From an uncultured Gammaproteobacteria bacterium (GTDB lineage: Bacteria > Patescibacteriota > Microgenomatia > Levybacterales > GWA1-39-11), in NCBI GenBank assembly GCA_964450885.1, contig CAYVFE010000001.1, positions 438,572-502,571 on the forward strand: DNA of 64,000 bases, written 5' to 3'. A program made the translations under genes and the position numbers. The notes beneath the pieces are model-generated. The model did no database searches. It was not told where the DNA came from and saw only the letters and a list, made by a program, of their open reading frames with translations. Below are positions 57,749 through 64,000 of this stretch, piece after piece (position 1 is the first letter of the stretch; every line of letters begins with the position of its first letter).

Positions 57749-60559
57749 ATGTTCAAACCAGTAGATCCTAAAGCCAGTTTTCCAGAGATCGAAGAAAAGA
57801 TAATAAGATTTTGGAAAGAAAATAAAGTTTTTGAAAAATCTGTAGATAAAGACTACGGAGGCCGAAAGTGGACTTTTCTGGACGGTCCGCCATTTGTAAC
57901 TGGAATGCCTCATTATGGATCACTTCTATCTTCGCTTCCGAAGGATGTTTTTGGTCGTTATTGGACAATGAAAGGATATAAGGTTAGGCGTGTTTGGGGT
58001 TGGGATGGCCATGGGTTACCTATCGAAAATAAAGTTGAAGGGGCACTTGGAGTCGAGCGAAAAAAAGACATTGAGGATAAAATAGGGGTCGATAAATTTA
58101 TAGAAGAATGTAGAAAATATGTGAACGATATTTCTTCGGAATGGGAGTGGTACATAGATCATATCGGACGTTGGGTTGATTTTAAAAATGCTTATAAGAC
58201 ATGGGATACAGATTATATGGAGTCTGTTATGTGGGTTTTTAAAAATCTTTATGATAAGGGACATATATATAAGGGTTTGAGAATAGGTCTTTATTGTCCC
58301 CATTGTTCTACTCCTATCTCAAATTTTGAGGTAGCGATGGATGTTGATAACTACAAGGAGATCGCTGATTTTGCAACTACATATAAGTATCTTCTGGAAG
58401 GCGAGAAGAATACATATATATTAGCTTGGTCGACGACTCCGTGGAATAAGATAGTAACACCGGCTTTAGCTGTAAATCCAAAGCTCACATATGTAAAAGT
58501 TGAACAGAAGGGTGAATTTTATATTCTAGCGAAATCTACACTAAAGACTTTGGGAAGTGAAGATTCTTACAAAATAATAGAAGAGTATCAGGGAAGCGAT
58601 CTTGTAGGTAGGAAATTTGTTCCGCACTTCGACTACTATGCAGACAAAGTAAAAGATGGGGAAAAGATATTTGAAATAGTCGATGGCGACTTTGTAGAGG
58701 CTGAGGAGGGAACGGGAGTCGTGACGATAGCTGCATATGGTGAAGAAGACTTAAAATTGATGAAAGACAAGAACATTCATATGGAGATGCATTTGGATGA
58801 AGAGGGAAATGTCAAAAACGACGTTCCTCAATTTGGAGGAATGTATTATCTTAAAGCGAACAAAGCGGTTAACGAGCACCTTGCGGAGAAAGGACTAATT
58901 TATGCAGATACTCAGCGAACTCATAGTGTGCCACTGTGCTGGAGATGTCATACTAGGCTTTACTATGCTCCCCTTGATGCGTGGTTTGTAGATGTGCAGA
59001 GCATGAAGGAAAAGTTAAAGTCTGTTAACGAAGGCATAAATTGGTTCCCCAAGCATTTTAAGACCGGAAGGTTTCTAAAAAGTCTTGAAAATGCTCCAGA
59101 TTGGAACATTTCGAGGAATAGGTATTGGGGGAGCCCAATTCCTGTATGGGAGTGCTCGTGCGGTAATAGAATTGTTGCAGGATCTATTGCGGAAATAGAG
59201 GAACTATCTGGTATTCGAGTAAAAGATTTGCACAAACCGGAGATTGATGAGGTTAAAATAACGTGTAAAAAATGTGGACAATTAGCAAATAGAGTACCAG
59301 AAGTACTCGATAGTTGGATTGAAGCCGGCAGTGCTTCATTTGCCGAAAGACATTTTCCTTTTTCAGAAGAAAAGCTGGAAGAATTCTTCCCCCCAGATTT
59401 TATTGCCGAATATACAGGGCAGATAAGGGCTTGGTTTTACGTGTTACATGTTATAGGCGTGGGACTTTATGATACAAAAGCTTTTAAAAATGTTCTGGTT
59501 GAGGGGGTAATTTTGGGTACTGATGGCAGAAAGATGAGTAAAAATTTCAGAAATTACCCAGATCCTAGAGAAATGTTGGGTCAATATGGGGGCGATGCGC
59601 TGAGACTTTATCTTTTAGGTAGTAATGTCATGCGTGGTGAGGATATAAGGATCTCGCAGGATGAATATAAAGATCAGGTAAAAGGCACGATGCTTATTTT
59701 GTGGAATATCTATAACTTCTTTGTTTCGAATGCTATTCTTTATAATTCGGATGGTGGTAATTTAAGTTCAAAATCTGAGAATATTCTCGATGAGTGGATA
59801 TTGAGTAGGGTTGAGGGGTTGAGGAATACGATGACCAAATCATTGGATGCATATGACACGGTTTCTTCCATATCTGCCGTAAAGGTATTTATTTCCGATT
59901 TTTCGACATGGTATATACGTCGTAGTAGGGAAAGGCTCTATTCAGAAGAAAAAGACGATATAGACGCGTTTTTTGCGACTACAAGCCATGTTCTTATCAA
60001 ATTGTCAAAGTTAATTGCACCAATCATGCCGTTTATCTCGGAAGAGATGTATAAAAATATTACTGATGGCGAGTCCGTTCACCTAGAACCGTGGCCACAA
60101 GAAGAAAAGGAATTCTTTAATCCTGATCTTGAAAGAGAAATGGAGATAGCAAGAGAAGTTGTTGAGGTAGGACATTTTGAAAGAAAGAAGGCGCAGGTAA
60201 AAGTCAGGCAACCGCTTGCAAGCATAAAAATAATTTCCGAGGTAGAAATTTCTGAGAAAATTAGAGAGGTTATAGCTGCAGAGTTAAATGTTAAGAAGGT
60301 TGAAGTTATTGTAGGAGGGAGTACGAAAGTAGAGCTAGATATATCTATAACTGAGGATTTGAAGGCGGAAGGCGTTGCAAGAGAAATAATCCGAAGCATA
60401 CAGCAAGAAAGGAAAAAGCTTGGCACAAAACGAGACGAGTTTGTAAATGTTTATTTGCCTTCTTGGCCTAAAAAATTTGAAGAAGAAATAAAAAAGAGGA
60501 CACTGACACAAAAACTAGAAGAATCAGACGAATTTAGAGTGGAAAAGATAGATGGATAA
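57749..60559 (+). CDS. ileS: Isoleucine--tRNA ligase, type 2
   Basis: DGPPF..G.PHYG, GWDGHGLP, WSTTPW, SRNRYWG, QIRAWF, KMSK; no C-terminal zinc finger. Confidence 0.95.
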   Translation: MFKPVDPKASFPEIEEKIIRFWKENKVFEKSVDKDYGGRKWTFLDGPPFVTGMPHYGSLLSSLPKDVFGRYWTMKGYKVRRVWGWDGHGLPIENKVEGALGVERKKDIEDKIGVDKFIEECRKYVNDISSEWEWYIDHIGRWVDFKNAYKTWDTDYMESVMWVFKNLYDKGHIYKGLRIGLYCPHCSTPISNFEVAMDVDNYKEIADFATTYKYLLEGEKNTYILAWSTTPWNKIVTPALAVNPKLTYVKVEQKGEFYILAKSTLKTLGSEDSYKIIEEYQGSDLVGRKFVPHFDYYADKVKDGEKIFEIVDGDFVEAEEGTGVVTIAAYGEEDLKLMKDKNIHMEMHLDEEGNVKNDVPQFGGMYYLKANKAVNEHLAEKGLIYADTQRTHSVPLCWRCHTRLYYAPLDAWFVDVQSMKEKLKSVNEGINWFPKHFKTGRFLKSLENAPDWNISRNRYWGSPIPVWECSCGNRIVAGSIAEIEELSGIRVKDLHKPEIDEVKITCKKCGQLANRVPEVLDSWIEAGSASFAERHFPFSEEKLEEFFPPDFIAEYTGQIRAWFYVLHVIGVGLYDTKAFKNVLVEGVILGTDGRKMSKNFRNYPDPREMLGQYGGDALRLYLLGSNVMRGEDIRISQDEYKDQVKGTMLILWNIYNFFVSNAILYNSDGGNLSSKSENILDEWILSRVEGLRNTMTKSLDAYDTVSSISAVKVFISDFSTWYIRRSRERLYSEEKDDIDAFFATTSHVLIKLSKLIAPIMPFISEEMYKNITDGESVHLEPWPQEEKEFFNPDLEREMEIAREVVEVGHFERKKAQVKVRQPLASIKIISEVEISEKIREVIAAELNVKKVEVIVGGSTKVELDISITEDLKAEGVAREIIRSIQQERKKLGTKRDEFVNVYLPSWPKKFEEEIKKRTLTQKLEESDEFRVEKIDG

Positions 60560-61649
60560 AAATAGCAAAGGCTTGAGGGGGTTTTTGAGAAGAATCGACC
60601 CCTTTCTACTTATTCCAGTGTTGATAATTATAGCGATTAGCTTGCTTACACTGCTTTCAATAAATCCTGTTTTTTTCAGGCAGCAGTTTATTTCGCTAAT
60701 CTTAGGAATAGTCTTATTTTTGCTTTTTATACGGATTGACCTCGTAGCATTAAGAAGTTTATCAAAAATATTTTATGGAATCGCTATAGCGCTTTTTATT
60801 ATGCTTATGCTTTTTGGGGTCGAAGTGGGAGGAGAAAAAAATTGGTTTGATCTTTTTGGATTGCGATTTCAGGTATCGGAGATGATAAAACCCTTTTTTA
60901 TAATTATACTTTCGTCATATCTTTTTTTGGATATCAAACAAAGAATAACCAAATTTTTTGGAGCACTTCTTATATCCATGCCTATTATTTTCCTTGTTAT
61001 CAGATCAGATTTTGGGACAGGGGTTATTTATTCTGTAATAACATTTTCGTTGATTCTTCTTGCTGGTTTTCCAAAAAGATATATTTTGGGTTCAATTTTA
61101 GGAGCTGTTGCCATTTTTCCCTTGGTATTTCTTTCTTTTGAGCAATATCAAAAAGATAGGATTATGACTTTTCTGGATGTAACAAGTGACCCAACGGGTG
61201 CCTCTTACAATGCTATACAGTCATTGATTTCTATCGGGAGTGGGGGTTTTTTCGGGAAGGGATTTGGTCAAGGGACACAGTCGTTATTGAGATTTTTGCC
61301 TGAACAGCATACTGATTTTATCTTTGCAACAATCTCTGAGGACTTGGGATTTGTAGGTTCATTTGTGGTCCTGGGCTTATTTGTAGTTCTTCTCTATAGG
61401 ATTTATAAAGTCTCGATCTCAAGTCGGAACACATATAACTACCTTTTGTGCATGGGAGTCTTTGCGATGCTTTTTTTTCAAATACTTTTTAATGTGGGAA
61501 TGAATCTGGGGCTTATGCCAGTTATCGGTATAACTTTGCCTTTTGCATCCTACGGAGGGAACTCGCTAATCGCAAGTCTTATTGCCGTTGGGATAGTTTC
61601 AAATATATCTACCGAGAACAAAAGGCAGCAATCTATGGAAATAGCTTAA
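60552..61649 (+). CDS. rodA: SEDS protein RodA
   Basis: QVSE..K, YQKDRI, YNAIQS, FLPEQHTDFIF, GITLPFASYGG. Confidence 0.88.
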   Translation: MDKNSKGLRGFLRRIDPFLLIPVLIIIAISLLTLLSINPVFFRQQFISLILGIVLFLLFIRIDLVALRSLSKIFYGIAIALFIMLMLFGVEVGGEKNWFDLFGLRFQVSEMIKPFFIIILSSYLFLDIKQRITKFFGALLISMPIIFLVIRSDFGTGVIYSVITFSLILLAGFPKRYILGSILGAVAIFPLVFLSFEQYQKDRIMTFLDVTSDPTGASYNAIQSLISIGSGGFFGKGFGQGTQSLLRFLPEQHTDFIFATISEDLGFVGSFVVLGLFVVLLYRIYKVSISSRNTYNYLLCMGVFAMLFFQILFNVGMNLGLMPVIGITLPFASYGGNSLIASLIAVGIVSNISTENKRQQSMEIA

Positions 61650-61672
61650 TTTTTTTGTTACAATATGTGACT

Positions 61673-62008
61673 ATGAACTACGCAGTTATTAAATCAGGCG
61701 GAAAACAGTATGTTGTACGCCCAAATGAAAGCTTTAAAACAGATAAGATTGAGGGAAATCCTGGAGATAAAGTCTCTTTTGACGAGGTGTTATTGATTGT
61801 AGATGGAGAGAAAATGACAGTTGGAGCACCTGTTATCAAGGGAATGAGTGTTTTAGGAAAGATCGTAGATCAGAAGTCTGGAGATAAAGTGCGCGTTGCT
61901 AAATTTAAAGCAAAGGCACGATACAGAAAAGTTAGGGGTTTTCGAGCAAAAATAACAGAAGTTATGGTAGAATCCATAAAAGAAGCAAAAAATAAAGGAG
62001 AAAAATAA
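61673..62008 (+). CDS. rplU: 50S ribosomal protein L21
   Basis: YAVIKSGGKQYVV, KFKAKARYRK..GFR. Confidence 0.95.
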   Translation: MNYAVIKSGGKQYVVRPNESFKTDKIEGNPGDKVSFDEVLLIVDGEKMTVGAPVIKGMSVLGKIVDQKSGDKVRVAKFKAKARYRKVRGFRAKITEVMVESIKEAKNKGEK

Positions 62009-62254
62009 ATGGCACATACAAAATCACAAGGAGCTGTTAAGGGAAATCGAGACTCGATAGCAAAAAGGCTAGGGGTTAAGATTTATGGCGGATCAAAAGT
62101 TAACGCTGGAAATATCATTATACGCCAAAAAGGAACACATTTCGGGGTAGGAAGTGGGGCATCGCTAGGGAATGATTACACCATATTTGCCCTAAAGAGC
62201 GGAATCGTTAATTTTATTACCCGAAAGGGAAAAAAGATCGTGGAGGTAATATAA
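62009..62254 (+). CDS. rpmA: 50S ribosomal protein L27
   Basis: MAHTK..G...RDS.AKRLGVK..GNIIIRQKGT. Confidence 0.96.
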   Translation: MAHTKSQGAVKGNRDSIAKRLGVKIYGGSKVNAGNIIIRQKGTHFGVGSGASLGNDYTIFALKSGIVNFITRKGKKIVEVI

Positions 62255-62255
62255 A

Positions 62256-63065
62256 ATGGCAGAAACTAAAGTTATTGACTTGGAGCTAACAATGCTTCAA
62301 CCAAATCCACTTCAGCCCAGAGGTCTTATTTCTCCTGAATCACTTACAGATCTAGTCAACTCTATTCGCGAGCAAGGAATACTTGAGCCTATTGTCGTTG
62401 CAGAAACTCCTGCAGGATTTCAGATAATTGCAGGTGAGAGGCGATGGCGAGCGGCAAAAATTTTAGGATTAGAGTTCGTTCCTGTAATAGTAAAGCAGAC
62501 TACTCCTCAACAGATGCTTGAGATGTCTATTGTAGAGAATGTTCAAAGAGAAGATTTGAATCCGATTGAGCGCGCACAGGCATACAAAAGACTTATTGAT
62601 GAGTTTAATCTTTCTGTCACAGAGGTCGCAAAGAGGGTCGGTAAGAGTCTTCCTTATATCTCAAATAGCATTCGACTTTTGACCCTTCCAGATGCAATAA
62701 AAGACGCTTTGGCTGCGGGAGTTATCTCCGAAGGTCATGTGAGGCCACTCATATCAATAGGTGACCCAAAACTTATGCTCCAGGCATTTAGAAAGATATT
62801 GGTTGAGGGAATTAGCGTAAGAGGCGCTGAGGATGTAGCAAGACAAGTTAAGGCCGAGGTTCAGAAAAAGGAGCCTCAAAAGAGGGCAGACAGGATATAT
62901 ATTCCAGAACAGGACGAAATGGCAAAGAATTTGTCTCAAAAGCACGGTTGGAATGTGAAGTTTGATCAATCTAGGGTAAACGGCAAGATAACCATAGTTA
63001 TCAAAGGTGATCAGGAGAAAACTACCGAAGAACTGCGTAAGATATTCGAAAAACTCTCCAATTAG
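62256..63065 (+). CDS. parB: Chromosome partitioning protein ParB/Spo0J
   Basis: PNPLQPR, IIAGERRWRAA, ENVQREDLNPIE, HTH. Confidence 0.93.
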   Translation: MAETKVIDLELTMLQPNPLQPRGLISPESLTDLVNSIREQGILEPIVVAETPAGFQIIAGERRWRAAKILGLEFVPVIVKQTTPQQMLEMSIVENVQREDLNPIERAQAYKRLIDEFNLSVTEVAKRVGKSLPYISNSIRLLTLPDAIKDALAAGVISEGHVRPLISIGDPKLMLQAFRKILVEGISVRGAEDVARQVKAEVQKKEPQKRADRIYIPEQDEMAKNLSQKHGWNVKFDQSRVNGKITIVIKGDQEKTTEELRKIFEKLSN

Positions 63066-63622
63066 TCAATTTCAGCGTGCTCAACGACCCTAATACTCGA
63101 AAGGGGCCAGTATACGAAGAAAGATTTACCTATAATTTCACTTTTTTGGACAAAACCCCATTCTCTTGAATCTGAGCTATTGGATCTATTATCGCCCATT
63201 ACGAAATAATTCCCCTCGGGAACATTTATTTGGGAGCCTTCAGGCAGGAAATTGCCTCCGTTTGTGACATAATTTGAGGGTAAATAATCCTCAATCAGTA
63301 GATTGCCATTTAGGTAGACTTTTCCTTCACTAACTGACACTGTATCTCCCGCAGATCCTATAATTCTTTTTATAAAGTCTTTATTGTCCTCGGTGGGTGC
63401 ATGAAAAACTACGACATCGCCTCTTTCATAGTCGGAGAATCTTTGAGAAATAAGGTTTGTGAGGACGTATTCTCCGTTGTCGAAAGTGGGATACATAGAT
63501 AGACCATTTACCTGATAGGGACGAAAGAGAAAAGCGTATATGACAACGAATATCGCTCCAGCAAATACTAAAGTCTGGATTAGATCAAATAAAACATAAT
63601 AGATTTTTCTGAGAATATTCAT
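63062..63622 (-). CDS. lepB: Signal peptidase I
   Basis: GLSMYPT, FIKRIIG, MGDNRSNSSDSR. Confidence 0.95.
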   Translation of the reverse strand: MNILRKIYYVLFDLIQTLVFAGAIFVVIYAFLFRPYQVNGLSMYPTFDNGEYVLTNLISQRFSDYERGDVVVFHAPTEDNKDFIKRIIGSAGDTVSVSEGKVYLNGNLLIEDYLPSNYVTNGGNFLPEGSQINVPEGNYFVMGDNRSNSSDSREWGFVQKSEIIGKSFFVYWPLSSIRVVEHAEID

Positions 63623-64000
63623 TTGTATATTTTCTCTACTATTGTCTTTATTGTCAAATGTAAAAATAGTAAAAAATAAGTTAATTTGGTAAAATAGGAA
63701 AGTTGGATTTAGGTTGTAGTTGCTGAAATAACAAGATTATTTAGTAAGGGGCCGTAAAAAGGATTGCCTCTTAATACAATTAGCAGTCAAGGGAATCGAG
63801 TGATAATAGGGTATAATATTCATTTTATCCCGTTAAATCAATCTAAATGTAATTATTTTAAGTGTATATTACTGATATTATTTATATCAAACAGTATCTA
63901 AGAATATTTTTTTAAACTTCATGAAAAAAGGCACTAGCAGAAAAAAAATACTTTTTCTCGCCAGGCTTTATCATCCACATATAGGAGGAGTAGAGAAGCA

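Noticed and set aside
708-62969. Many 60-145 aa ORFs antisense to or overlapping long genes (e.g. 19015-19431, 35311-35748, 44587-44889, 56245-56589)
   Set aside because: Shadow ORFs of well-supported genes, with no recognisable motifs
63623-64000. AT-rich non-coding end with TCATCCACA (63971-63979), possible oriC near parB
   Set aside because: Only one imperfect DnaA box and no parS seen; needs the next window

Overview
AT-rich, gene-dense bacterial chromosome segment. Gene content and architecture (alpha2-type GlyRS, type-2 IleRS, DUF4012 at the end of a glycan locus, reduced dcw cluster, few Shine-Dalgarno motifs) suggest Patescibacteria/CPR, Microgenomates-like; this is an inference. Layout: (1) 1-27944, a large surface-glycan locus with GT2/GT4 glycosyltransferases, a WxcM/FdtB-type amino-sugar pathway, a sugar C-methyltransferase, several GT-C-like membrane proteins, ManC, a priming transferase and DUF4012. 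(2) recO, glyQS. (3) 30521-45550, dcw cluster mraZ to ftsZ. (4) An ~8.8 kb integrative element inserted in the last 10 codons of ftsZ, which it restores with a synonymously recoded copy (attL 45521-45550, attR 54319-54348). It encodes a tyrosine integrase, a small-terminase-like protein, an XRE regulator, a Rep-like protein with internal iteron-like repeats, a LexA divergent from a two-gene CBASS-like operon, and further defence-type cargo (NUDIX, DUF3578-HNH, GIY-YIG, HEPN-like). It also carries interlocking complementary motifs that point to RNA-level control of the integrase. (5) GT-C gene, typA, ileS, rodA, rplU, rpmA, parB, lepB. No rRNA, tRNA or CRISPR array was seen.
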